A DNA stretch of 64,000 bases. Origin: an uncultured Methanoregula sp. GTDB lineage: Archaea; Halobacteriota; Methanomicrobia; Methanomicrobiales; Methanospirillaceae. The position numbers were made by a program, and so were the translations under genes. The DNA lies in the NCBI GenBank assembly GCA_963662735.1, contig OY759744.1:970153-1034152 (forward strand). The letters run 5' to 3'. Each line of letters begins with the position of its first letter. The first letter of the stretch is position 1. Of this stretch, positions 27,249 to 36,673 are shown piece by piece. The notes beneath the pieces are model-generated. The model saw only the letters and a list, made by a program, of their open reading frames with translations, searched no databases and was not told where the DNA came from.

Positions 27249-28877
27249 TTACATCGATCCTATTTGTTTTACTACGGCAGTAGCGAATTTACTTTGCACT
27301 CCCGCTCGCTCCTTCAGACATGATTCCAAGGCATCGCACAACGCCATCAGCGCATCAACCTTCGCGACGATGCGGTGTTGTTCGGCGAGCGGGGGGAGAG
27401 GGACTTGAAAATTTTTCACATCTCCCACATTTAAATGAGGTGATGAAGTTCCGCCAGTCTGCTCTTTTACTTTCATTTGCACAAATGGGGAATTTAATAA
27501 AATTAAAATATATTTTGGAATTGCTTTTTTTGGATTGACTCTTAGGAGCATCATCCGTTGGCCTAAACACGTTTTCAATCCTTTCGGGATCATACAAGCA
27601 ATCCCTAAAATTCCTCCCTCTCTACTAAACAAAATATCATTTTCACGAGGCTCTAATCTTGAAATTCTTTCAAGATATGTATCATGCGAAACATACCTTA
27701 CTTCAGTTAGATCCAAATAACCCGGTTTAAAATTTGTCGTACGTAAACAAATCTCCCCATTTTGAGTCCATTTTGGTGTGGAGTGCGGACAATCAACAAT
27801 GGTCTCACACACCCCGTTAATGTTATCCCATTGCCAAGATTGTGGAATATTTAAACGATATCCAATATCTGTAGAATCCTCTTTGACAAAAGAAACAAGA
27901 GGGATGCTTGATCCCTCATCTTTCGGCTTTAGTATTAACCGTCCTTGGATCGCCATTTGTAAAATTGTCTCCCGAAGCATCCTGGCATTCTCCGGGCAGT
28001 CAAAGATCAACTCAAAAGCATCACACACCTGCGCCCATTGCCGTTCAAATTCCTCCGGACTCTCTGAACTCTGCAATGCTATGAGACTCGCAGTCCCAAG
28101 CCGGAGGCTGACTGCCCGCTCCTGCAGTTGTTGAAATTCGATTTCATCACACAACGCCATCAGCGCTTTAATTTTAGCAATAATGCGATGCTGTTCAGCT
28201 AGAGGGGCAATTGGAATAAGGGTATTATTAGCAAAACTAAGATTTATCCCCCCCTGGGCAGCGCCTTTAAAATTTTCGAGTATTCGTGTTTGACCGATTT
28301 CAGAATACAGGTAATAAAAAGCAAATTGAGGAGTAATAAAATCATAAAAACGGCAAATAAAAACATGCTCATTAATGCATGCTTCGGAGAATGGAAATCT
28401 GGAATCAACAAGAGAGACCTTACCGGTTGTTGCACCATCTTTTACAATGAGAAGATCTCCTGTCCGGATTTTTCCTTTTGTCATTTTTTGATAAAACTCA
28501 GGAGAAACGAATTTAATTGTACCAAATCTGAATCCCCCCCTTCCATCAAGATGCTCCCCACCTATACTAGGTATACCTGATTTGATCTCTCTTACTCCAC
28601 CTATTGGTCTCGAACCGGATTCTATAGATGATAAAACGTCAATTAAGGGCAATTGAATCCAGGATTTTGGGAGAATATGTGACTCATCCTCGGAAATATA
28701 CTGAAACTCCTTATGTAATGATGTCTCTATCATTTTTTTCGCGAACTCATCATTTGCATCTTGGGTACCAAGCCTTCCTGAAAAAGCTAAATCGAGGATT
28801 AGATTTCGTAGCTGGGCGATGCCCTCCGGGGCAGTGGCGAGCGTGGTGAACCGCTCGAATAGGAGATCGGTGCTCAT
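27249..28877 (-). CDS. hsdS: Type I restriction-modification specificity subunit HsdS
   Basis: 542 aa with two AT-rich target-recognition domains. These are separated by conserved coiled-coil repeats: central LAPLAEQHRIIAKIKALMALCDEIE and distal LPPLAEQHRIVAKVDALMALCDALE. Confidence 0.93.
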   Translation of the reverse strand: MSTDLLFERFTTLATAPEGIAQLRNLILDLAFSGRLGTQDANDEFAKKMIETSLHKEFQYISEDESHILPKSWIQLPLIDVLSSIESGSRPIGGVREIKSGIPSIGGEHLDGRGGFRFGTIKFVSPEFYQKMTKGKIRTGDLLIVKDGATTGKVSLVDSRFPFSEACINEHVFICRFYDFITPQFAFYYLYSEIGQTRILENFKGAAQGGINLSFANNTLIPIAPLAEQHRIIAKIKALMALCDEIEFQQLQERAVSLRLGTASLIALQSSESPEEFERQWAQVCDAFELIFDCPENARMLRETILQMAIQGRLILKPKDEGSSIPLVSFVKEDSTDIGYRLNIPQSWQWDNINGVCETIVDCPHSTPKWTQNGEICLRTTNFKPGYLDLTEVRYVSHDTYLERISRLEPRENDILFSREGGILGIACMIPKGLKTCLGQRMMLLRVNPKKAIPKYILILLNSPFVQMKVKEQTGGTSSPHLNVGDVKNFQVPLPPLAEQHRIVAKVDALMALCDALESCLKERAGVQSKFATAVVKQIGSM

Positions 28878-30331
28878 CGTGTATTCCTAGTAGGTGTCCC
28901 GAGCAATGCCATCAGTTCCTGCTTCAGCGCTTCACGGGCCATCTCTGCTTCGACCCTAACCCTCTCATACTCGCGGAGCAGTTCTTCAGGATCGCCTTGT
29001 TTGTCCGGCACAATGTTTGGGTTCTTTATGTCGAGGTTAAATCCGTTCGCAATAATCTGCTCTATCGACACCCGCCATGCATGCTCGTTCTCGGTGCGGT
29101 TCGTCCACCATGCCTTCTCAGGTTCGAACTCTGCTATCCGGATCGGCTTTGTCTTTGAGTACGACTTATAGCCCTCGGGATAGGTGTGTTCATAGTACCA
29201 GATTTCTTTTGTAGCCTTGCCTTTCTCGAAGAAGAGGAGGTTCGTTCTCGTTGGGGTATATGGGGCAAAGACATTTTTGGGCAATCGAATTATGGTATGG
29301 AGGTTGCATTCGGTCAGGAGTTTCTCCTTGATCCGGCTCTTCACACCCTCGCCAAAGAGCGTTCCGTCGGGGAGCACGATCGCGGCCCGGCCGCCATCTT
29401 TGAGGATGTGCATGATCAGGACAAGGAAGAGATCGGCCGTCTCCCGGGTCTGGTACATGGACGGGAAGTTGGTCTCGATCCCGTCCTCCTCCATGCCGCC
29501 GAACGGCGGGTTCGTCACGATCACATCTACCCGGTCCCGTGCCGAGTAATCCTTCAGCGGGCGGGCAAGGGTGTTGTCATGCTTGATCTGGATCGGGACA
29601 TCGATGCCGTGCAGCATCATGTTCGTGACGCAGAGCAGGTGCGGCATCGGCTTCTTCTCGACCCCGTGGATCGAGTTCCGGAGCAGTTCCTCGTCTTTCG
29701 GGTTCTTAACCGTTTTCCGGATATTCTCGATGGCACAGGCAAGGAACCCGCCGGTACCGCAGGCCGGGTCAAGGATCGACTCGCCAAGCTTCGGGTCCAC
29801 CTGATCCACCATGAACTGCGTCACGGCCCGGGGTGTGTAATACTCCCCGGCATTGCCCGCACTCTGGAGGTCTTTTAAGATCTTCTCGTAGATCTCCCCG
29901 AACAGGTGACGATCCTCGGTCTTGTTGAAATCGATCTCATTGATCTTGTTCGCAACCTGGCGGATCAGCGTCCCGTTCTTCATGTAGTTGTACGAGTCCT
30001 CGAAGACCTTGCGGATCAGGATCCCGGAACCATTGAGGCCCGCTTCCGCAGGGAGTTCTTTGAGGGTCGGGAAGAGGTCGGCATCAATGAACTTCAGGAG
30101 CACGTCGCCTGTGATCCCCTCGGCATTGCCCGCCCAGTTCCGCCACCGGAGCCGTTCCGGCATCGGCGACCGGTACCCCTTCTTCATCAGCTCGTACTCT
30201 TTTTCCTTGTCATCGAAGATCTTCAAAAAAAGCATCCAGCCGAGTTGGCTGATCCGCTGGGCGTCGCCATCGACCCCTGCATCCTTCCGCATGATGTCCT
30301 GGATCGTCTTGATCGTGGTTCCGACTGCCAT
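28874..30331 (-). CDS. hsdM: Type I R-M DNA methyltransferase subunit HsdM (N6-adenine)
   Basis: HsdM N-terminal domain, SAM motif DPACGTGGFL and catalytic NPPFGG. Overlaps the hsdS start by 4 nt. Confidence 0.95.
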   Translation of the reverse strand: MAVGTTIKTIQDIMRKDAGVDGDAQRISQLGWMLFLKIFDDKEKEYELMKKGYRSPMPERLRWRNWAGNAEGITGDVLLKFIDADLFPTLKELPAEAGLNGSGILIRKVFEDSYNYMKNGTLIRQVANKINEIDFNKTEDRHLFGEIYEKILKDLQSAGNAGEYYTPRAVTQFMVDQVDPKLGESILDPACGTGGFLACAIENIRKTVKNPKDEELLRNSIHGVEKKPMPHLLCVTNMMLHGIDVPIQIKHDNTLARPLKDYSARDRVDVIVTNPPFGGMEEDGIETNFPSMYQTRETADLFLVLIMHILKDGGRAAIVLPDGTLFGEGVKSRIKEKLLTECNLHTIIRLPKNVFAPYTPTRTNLLFFEKGKATKEIWYYEHTYPEGYKSYSKTKPIRIAEFEPEKAWWTNRTENEHAWRVSIEQIIANGFNLDIKNPNIVPDKQGDPEELLREYERVRVEAEMAREALKQELMALLGTPTRNTR

Positions 30332-30361
30332 AAAAAATTCAGCTCCCTCGTATTCGTGCCG

Positions 30362-32665
30362 TCAGCACTCGGCGGTATAGAGACACCGTTCGAGCCGGCG
30401 TATTGCTTCCATATAGTTGGCGCTCCCGCCAAAAATAGTGTTCACAATCTCCATCGGTGTACCGAAGGTTGTGAACGGATCCACCTTCAGCACTTCCATG
30501 TTCTCAATATCGCCGATCCCGCCATCGGAGTATTTCGACAGGAGGGCATCCAGTACCTTCCGTGCCTTGTCGCCGTACTTCGTGAAGTAATCCGCTTTCC
30601 GGACCTTTGCTGCCCGTTCCCTGCGGGACAGGGGTGGCTGGCCGAAGACCACGTGGCAGATCAGGTCGAAGGGATCGTAGTCCTTCCCCACCTGCTCCTG
30701 GAGCGCCTCGAAGAGTACGCCTTGCTCCTCCAGTTCCTCCAGGATCACCGTCTTCTGCTCCGCCTTCGTCCACGAACTCATGAACGCATTCAGCGTAGCA
30801 TACTGCCGGGTCACATTCTTCTTCGTATAATCTTCCAGCGACTCCGTGATCAGCTTCCCGTCGGCCGCCATGTACTGGACGCGCTCGGCAACCACAGAAA
30901 CCGGCACATCGTTCACCACGTACCGCCTCATCCCGTCTCCCGGTGGCTTGGGTGCGGGAGGATCAATCGGATCGGTCGGGTCGTACTGGCTCCCGTCAAG
31001 CGGTTCGCCGTCAAAGTCCGGGTCGGCAAAGAGCTCGCTCACCTTCCGGAAGTCCATGATCGTGAAGAAGAACTTGTTGTAATCCTCGTTGATCCGGGTC
31101 CCCCGACCGATGATCTGCTTGAATTCGGACATCGATTCGATCCGTTTGTCGATCACGATCAGCTTGCAGGTCTGGGCATCCACGCCGGTCCCCATCAGCT
31201 TCGAGGTGGTTGCAATGACGGGATACTTGGAATCCGGCATGATGAAGTTGTCCAGTTCTGCCTTCCCGTCCGGGCTGTCGCCCGTGATCCGGACAACATA
31301 CCTGCCGTTCTCCTTCACCAGATCCGCGTTCTCGTTCACGAGACAACTCCGCATTCGTTCGGCGTGATCGATATTCTCGCAGAAGACGATCGTCTTGTCG
31401 TACCTGCCGGTGTTCTTGAGGAAATCCGAGATCTTCCGGGCCACGAGTTCCGTACGGTGCTCTAGGACAAGGCTCCGGTCGAAGTCCTTCTGGTTGAAGA
31501 TACGGTCCTCGATCTCCACGCCGTACTTGTCCTTCTGCCCCCGGGTTGGTCGCCATCCCTGCAAATCCTTGTCCAGATCGATCCGGTACACCCGGTACGG
31601 GGCAAGGAACCCGTCTTCGATCCCCTGCTTCAGTGAATATTCATACACGGGCTTCCCGAAATAATGGACACTGGAGACGTACTTCGTCTCCTTCGGGGTC
31701 GCTGTCAGCCCGATGTGGGTAGCCGATGAGAAATAGTCGAGGATTTCCCGCCACATCGCATCGTCCGCAGCACTTCCCCGGTGGCATTCGTCGACAATGA
31801 TCAGATCAAAGAAGTCCCGGGAGAACTGCTTGTAGATGTTGCGCTCCTCCTCGTTGCCGGATACTGCCTGGTAGAGTGAGAGATAAATCTCGTAACTCTT
31901 GTCCACCTGCCGGTTCGCGATCTTCGTCATTGCCGACCCGAACGGCTTGAAATCGTTCGTCTTGGTCTGGTCGACAAGGATATTCCGGTCCGCAAGGAAC
32001 AGGATACGCTTCTTGGTGCCGGACTTCCAGAGCCGCCAGATGATCTGGAATGCCGTATAGGTCTTGCCGGTCCCGGTGGCCATCACGAGCAGGACCCGGT
32101 CCTTTCCGTTCGCAATCGCCTCGATTGTCCGGTTGATCGCGTTTATCTGGTAATACCGGGGCATCTTCCGGATGTCGTCGATATAGTAACTCTGGGTGAT
32201 GATCTGCTCTTTTTTGTCGTCGATCCCTTTCCATTTCCGGTACCGGGTCCAGAGGTCAGTGGGGCGGGGAAATTCGGTAAGTGAGAGTTCCCTCTCCATG
32301 GGCTCATAATTGCCGGAACGGTCGTGCAGCAAAAACCCGTCACCATTGGAACTGAACACAAACGGGATATCCATCATTTCTGCATAGGCAAGAGCCTGCT
32401 GCATCCCGGCTCCCACGATATGCGTGTTGTCCTTTGCCTCGATCACGGCAATCGGCAGATTCTGTTTATAGTAAAGAATATAGTCCGCCCTTCGCGGCTT
32501 GGCGCGGCTCACGGAGTTGCCATTCACAAGAACCCGGCCATCGGTGACGTTCACCTCTTCCCGGATCTGGTGATGGATGTCCCAGCCGGCCTGGGTCAGT
32601 GCGGGTGTAATGAATTTGGTGCAGATGTCCCGCTCCGTCAATGCCTTCTTGTCCAGTCCAACCAT
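30362..32665 (-). CDS. hsdR: Type I restriction enzyme R subunit HsdR (EcoEI-like C-terminal domain)
   Basis: N-terminal PD-(D/E)xK (ADYILYY...IAVIEAKD), helicase motifs (MATGTGKT, DECH), and an EcoEI_R_C-like C-terminus. The ORF track start 32692 is TTG, and I prefer ATG 32665 (MVGLDKKALTERDICTKFITPAL). Confidence 0.93.
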   Translation of the reverse strand: MVGLDKKALTERDICTKFITPALTQAGWDIHHQIREEVNVTDGRVLVNGNSVSRAKPRRADYILYYKQNLPIAVIEAKDNTHIVGAGMQQALAYAEMMDIPFVFSSNGDGFLLHDRSGNYEPMERELSLTEFPRPTDLWTRYRKWKGIDDKKEQIITQSYYIDDIRKMPRYYQINAINRTIEAIANGKDRVLLVMATGTGKTYTAFQIIWRLWKSGTKKRILFLADRNILVDQTKTNDFKPFGSAMTKIANRQVDKSYEIYLSLYQAVSGNEEERNIYKQFSRDFFDLIIVDECHRGSAADDAMWREILDYFSSATHIGLTATPKETKYVSSVHYFGKPVYEYSLKQGIEDGFLAPYRVYRIDLDKDLQGWRPTRGQKDKYGVEIEDRIFNQKDFDRSLVLEHRTELVARKISDFLKNTGRYDKTIVFCENIDHAERMRSCLVNENADLVKENGRYVVRITGDSPDGKAELDNFIMPDSKYPVIATTSKLMGTGVDAQTCKLIVIDKRIESMSEFKQIIGRGTRINEDYNKFFFTIMDFRKVSELFADPDFDGEPLDGSQYDPTDPIDPPAPKPPGDGMRRYVVNDVPVSVVAERVQYMAADGKLITESLEDYTKKNVTRQYATLNAFMSSWTKAEQKTVILEELEEQGVLFEALQEQVGKDYDPFDLICHVVFGQPPLSRRERAAKVRKADYFTKYGDKARKVLDALLSKYSDGGIGDIENMEVLKVDPFTTFGTPMEIVNTIFGGSANYMEAIRRLERCLYTAEC

Positions 32666-32710
32666 CCCGTGATTCTTCTGTATCTCTGACAATCCGCTAA
32701 TACCTTTCTA

Positions 32711-32718
32711 TTTAAATA
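32711..32718 (-). promoter_or_regulatory. candidate TATA box for the hsdRMS operon
   Basis: tttaaata lies 46-53 nt upstream of ATG 32665. Confidence 0.3.
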
Positions 32719-32780
32719 AAAATCCGCCATGAAACTCAACCATTCTATTCCACCGCACCAAAGCAACCCTTCCCATTTTC

Positions 32781-33202
32781 CAGCCAGACCCTGCTTCAAA
32801 AATTCCAGTCGCGATCACGATCCCGATCAAAAACCGTTCGCAGATCAATCGAACCTTGATTTGAAATTTTCAATCAAACCTTGATTAAAAAATTTCAACC
32901 AGACTTTGATTGAAAATTTTTCAGCGAACCTTGATTGAAAAACCGCACTCGCGATCCCGCGTCCGTCGTGAACTGGAAAAATAAACGTATGCACAAGTGG
33001 TTAACTTTTCACAACCAGACCTTGATTGAAAATTTTCAGGCAGACTTTGATTTTTATTTTTCAATCAAGCTTTGATTTCAAAATGTTAATCGCGATCATG
33101 ATCGCGATTGAAAAACCGATCCGGATCAATCAAACCCTGATTTGAAATTTTCAGTTAAACCTTACTTGAAAAATTTTAACCGGACTTTGATGACAAAAAG
33201 TT
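32781..33202. repeat. array of eleven degenerate ~25-bp AT-rich units (CA-N5-6-A[CT][CT]TTGATTGAAAATTTT)
   Basis: Units by eye: 32781-32805, then four contiguous at 32841-32944, three at 33010-33087, and three at 33127-33202. No ORF covers this region. Confidence 0.85.
33088..33109. repeat. perfect 22-bp palindrome AATCGCGATCATGATCGCGATT
   Basis: Its reverse complement is identical. Related CGCGATC elements occur at 32808-32830 and 32948-32961, each between blocks of the 25-bp units. Confidence 0.85.
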
Positions 33203-33394
33203 AACCAGATCAACAACAGGAATCACCCAATCATCCTTATTCCGGGCGGATCTCTGTTACATCAGCCACCCACTTGAACCGCCGGTAACTACTCCTGCTC
33301 CCTTCCTTAACTGAAATGTTTATTGCCCCCACCGGTTACTATGTGGTATGGGGTGGAGGTTCCGGTGCACGGTCACCGGGGGGAGCAAAACCGC

Positions 33395-34642
33395 ATGGAC
33401 CGGCTGACGCTGCGCAATGTCCTTCTGTATTTTACGGTCGACATCGGCACGTTCGTCTCGATCTGGTTCTTTGATCTCACAACGGCACTTATCACCTATA
33501 CCCTGACCAAGTCCCCGGTGTCCCTCGGCATCGTGGGGTTTGCCCAGAATATCCCCTTCCTCCTGTTCAGCCTGTACGGGGGCGTCATCGCAGACCGGCA
33601 TGACCGGCGGCGGGTAGTACTGTTCTTCAACTCCTGCCTGTTTCTCGTCACCCTCACCGCGCTCGCCCTCCAGCTGCTGCATCTCCTGACCTTTCCGCTC
33701 ATCATCGTCCTCTCGCTCACCTACGGGACCATCTGGGCCCTTAACCTCCCCTCGATGCTCGCGCTCGTAAAAGACATTGTTACCGATGAGCACGAATTCG
33801 CCCGGGTGATGGGTGCCGCCGCCTCCAACGGGAAGATCGGGCAGATGGGTGCCGCATCGGTATTCGGGTACATCTATGCCACATTCACGGCAGCCGGAGT
33901 CTTTGTTGCGGGACTCTGCTTCAACGCGATCGCGTTCGTTGCCATACTGCTGGTGAAAACGAAAGCGAGGATTGTGCAAAAAACCACAAGCCCCCTCCGC
34001 GAGCAGATCACCACGGGGTTACGGTACGTGACTGTCCATCCCCCGCTCCTGATGGTGATCATGCTGGTAACCGTCGTCAGCACGGTCTTTGCCTTTGTCC
34101 TGTTCCAGTTTCCGGTGATCGATGCGGATTTTCTCCACGGCAATAAACTATTCTTAAGCGCCCTGTACTTCGCCGGCGGGTTGGGCGGGCTTACCTCCGG
34201 GCTTTACCTGGTCAGGCGCAAATCCCCGCGGGGAATTCTCTGGTTCATGGTGTTCTGCACCGTACTGAGCGGGGTCTCGGTCATTGTGCTCGGGAACTCC
34301 CGGGATATTTTCCTTTCAGCGATCTGCGCTGCAGGGATCGATTTCGCATTCATCGGCACGATGGGGGTATCGAACACGGTCCTCCAGCTGCTCACCGACG
34401 ACGAACGGAGAGGCAGGGTTCTTGGCATCAACACTATGGGGGCCTGGGGGATCATGGCGGTCATGATCGTTGTTCTCGGGGCCATTGCAGGCGCGTGGGG
34501 AATCACCTTCGCCCTGACCCTTGCCGGGCTGCTCTGTTTTGCCGCGGCAGGGATGTACCTCGTGCTGCTCCCGTGGCAGCGGCCCCGGTTGAGGGCTCTC
34601 TCTGCTGAACGGGGGATCGGCCCGGCCGATGAATTGATCTGA
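33395..34642 (+). CDS. MFS transporter
   Basis: About 415 aa with 12 predicted hydrophobic helices and a GGVIADRHDRRR loop motif between TM2 and TM3. ATG 33395 is used. Confidence 0.8.
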   Translation: MDRLTLRNVLLYFTVDIGTFVSIWFFDLTTALITYTLTKSPVSLGIVGFAQNIPFLLFSLYGGVIADRHDRRRVVLFFNSCLFLVTLTALALQLLHLLTFPLIIVLSLTYGTIWALNLPSMLALVKDIVTDEHEFARVMGAAASNGKIGQMGAASVFGYIYATFTAAGVFVAGLCFNAIAFVAILLVKTKARIVQKTTSPLREQITTGLRYVTVHPPLLMVIMLVTVVSTVFAFVLFQFPVIDADFLHGNKLFLSALYFAGGLGGLTSGLYLVRRKSPRGILWFMVFCTVLSGVSVIVLGNSRDIFLSAICAAGIDFAFIGTMGVSNTVLQLLTDDERRGRVLGINTMGAWGIMAVMIVVLGAIAGAWGITFALTLAGLLCFAAAGMYLVLLPWQRPRLRALSAERGIGPADELI

Positions 34643-34711
34643 GGCTGATGGCAGAATCCCGCCCGGCCCCCATCACAAAACGTAACCGGTTACGAAAAAA
34701 AAAGAATGTCG

Positions 34712-36646
34712 TCACTCCCCCGGCCCCTTCACCTCTGCCTCCCGCTTGAACGGCCGGTACACCACCCCTCCCCCCTCGTAGAACTTCGAGAAGAACTCGA
34801 CGAGGTGGAGACGCACCGAATGGATCGAAGGGGAGAACATGGCAAGGACGAGATTGAGTGCATGCAGCAGGATGGCGACGATAATGCCGATAAGAGCAAT
34901 CCCGAACGCCCCCCCGAGCCGGTTTGCCACCATCGCGAGGATCACTGAAGCCATGCCGATCGCCATCAGCCGGGCATAGGAGAGGATGTTGCCTACCGTG
35001 CTCATCACCTCGATCGTCCCGAAAACACCGGCTCCCATAAGGATCATGGGCATCCCGACAACCATGATGACGACCACCGGGTAGATCGCAGCATCGGGGA
35101 CTATATTGGCGAGCATGCCGACAAGGACGATGATGCCGGTGATCACGAGGAGCATCCCGCACTTCTCGAGCAGGTGTTTCTTCTTCTTCATGATCAGTGC
35201 GTTCCGTATCCCGATGAAGAGGCCGAGGAAAACATGGATGACACCGATCGCGATGGCGAATATGAGCATCGGGATCATTGCGTCCACCCGGTTCCAGGTG
35301 ATGCCGAGGAAGGTTACCGGGTGGATCCAGCCCATCGTCTCTCCCAGGTCCCCGAAGAACTCCCCGAACAGGAACCCGAAGAAGATGGTCGGGATCGATG
35401 AGATGATCAGGATATCGGCAAGGTTTTTCGCAAACGCAATTACCTGGTACCGGTGCCGGATAACGAGTGCAAACGCGAGGATGAGAAGGCCGTACCCGAT
35501 ATCGCCGACCATGATCCCGAAGAAGAGCGGGAAGAAGATGGCAAGGATGGGGGACGGGTCAACTTCCCGGTACCGCGGCGGTGCAACGAGCTGCATGATG
35601 AACTCGAAGGGTTTGACCCACCACGGGTTGTCGTAAAAGACCGGGGCGTTATCCAGGTCCTTCTCCGTCACCGGCAGCCCGTGGATGATCACCCGATCCC
35701 CAAACGAGTCCTTCACGGCCTTCCTTGTCCGGTTAAGATATTTTTTCGGGATCCATCCCATGATAACGAAGGTGTATTCCGACAGCCCGAAGTTCCGGTA
35801 CGCGTTCAGTTCCCCGTGTATATCTTCGAGCTGCTTTTTGAGGACAACAAGTTCCTGGTACCAGGTGACCGAAAGGGCCAGGAGTTCCGCTTCGATGCGG
35901 GTTATCTCGTCTTGCGCACGGATCCGCTTCTCCTCGATAAGCGCGTACATCTCGTAAAAAGGCCTGCCGGCAAATTCCGCAGGAAGCCGCACTTCGTTCA
36001 CGTTCACGGAGTAGATGAAGGAATGGACTGCCTCGGAATATTTCTTCGGGAAGACCATGATGGCGGCGAGGGTTGCGGCATCGACTGCGGCAGAGCTCAT
36101 CTCGAACCGGTTGCCGGTGATGGTATCCAGCTCTTCCTTGATCAGCGCGAGAACGTCCCGGTGCTCCTCCTGGATGAGGAGGATCGTGACTTCGAACCCC
36201 TCCAGGGCGGGCAGTTCCTTCTCCACCGGCTGGATGATATTGAGGACTCTCGCGTACCGGCCCAGCGTGGTGATCGAGAGGGAGAGCTCGGCTTTCTTTG
36301 CAGAGAGTTCCCGGGTCGTTGTCTCAAGGGTGCGGATGATCTCCCGTGCCCGCGCAATGAGCCCGGCATGCGTCCGGTTCTCCAGGGACATGCGGAGTTG
36401 CGCCTGGAGGCCCGGATCATCCGCAATAACAGGCAGGGTGGAGAAGATCGCGCCGATCCTCCCGAGGACCCCGGCTATATCCTCGGTCTCGTCCTGCCCG
36501 AGCCGGTCCAGGTGGATCTCGTCCGGATGGATGATCGCCGGTGCATCTTCAAGATGAATCGTGCCGGCCCGGTACAGGACGTCGACCACCCGGCCCAGAT
36601 CCTCTTTAGGCCCGATTACCTGGATGCGTTCCATCTTCTGGAGCAT
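34712..36646 (-). CDS. atpI: A1AO ATP synthase subunit I (a)
   Basis: 644 aa. MLQKMERIQVIGPKEDL... soluble N-terminal half plus a multi-TM C-terminal half with conserved Arg (ILSYARLMA). Confidence 0.92.
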   Translation of the reverse strand: MLQKMERIQVIGPKEDLGRVVDVLYRAGTIHLEDAPAIIHPDEIHLDRLGQDETEDIAGVLGRIGAIFSTLPVIADDPGLQAQLRMSLENRTHAGLIARAREIIRTLETTTRELSAKKAELSLSITTLGRYARVLNIIQPVEKELPALEGFEVTILLIQEEHRDVLALIKEELDTITGNRFEMSSAAVDAATLAAIMVFPKKYSEAVHSFIYSVNVNEVRLPAEFAGRPFYEMYALIEEKRIRAQDEITRIEAELLALSVTWYQELVVLKKQLEDIHGELNAYRNFGLSEYTFVIMGWIPKKYLNRTRKAVKDSFGDRVIIHGLPVTEKDLDNAPVFYDNPWWVKPFEFIMQLVAPPRYREVDPSPILAIFFPLFFGIMVGDIGYGLLILAFALVIRHRYQVIAFAKNLADILIISSIPTIFFGFLFGEFFGDLGETMGWIHPVTFLGITWNRVDAMIPMLIFAIAIGVIHVFLGLFIGIRNALIMKKKKHLLEKCGMLLVITGIIVLVGMLANIVPDAAIYPVVVIMVVGMPMILMGAGVFGTIEVMSTVGNILSYARLMAIGMASVILAMVANRLGGAFGIALIGIIVAILLHALNLVLAMFSPSIHSVRLHLVEFFSKFYEGGGVVYRPFKREAEVKGPGE

Positions 36647-36673
36647 ACAATCTCCTGCCGGGCGGTCCCGGTG

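Noticed and set aside
25511-28877. Phase-variable hsdS shufflon
   Set aside because: The remnants are direct rather than inverted repeats. They carry no alternative target-recognition domains, and no recombinase gene is nearby. Cassette turnover fits better than invertible switching.
29906-31465. 519-aa plus-strand ORF
   Set aside because: It is antisense to hsdM/hsdR, which have unmistakable motifs. Its translation is Arg/Pro/His/Leu-rich with no motifs, as expected for a stop-poor antisense frame in GC-rich DNA.
32781-33202. Possible CRISPR array
   Set aside because: The units are contiguous at ~25-bp periodicity with no unique 30-40-bp spacers, are degenerate and AT-rich, and no cas genes are present.
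19300-33320. Integrated provirus or plasmid
   Set aside because: I recognise no integrase, capsid, terminase, portal or replication initiator gene, and I saw no flanking direct repeats or tRNA target. I call it an accessory/defence block only.
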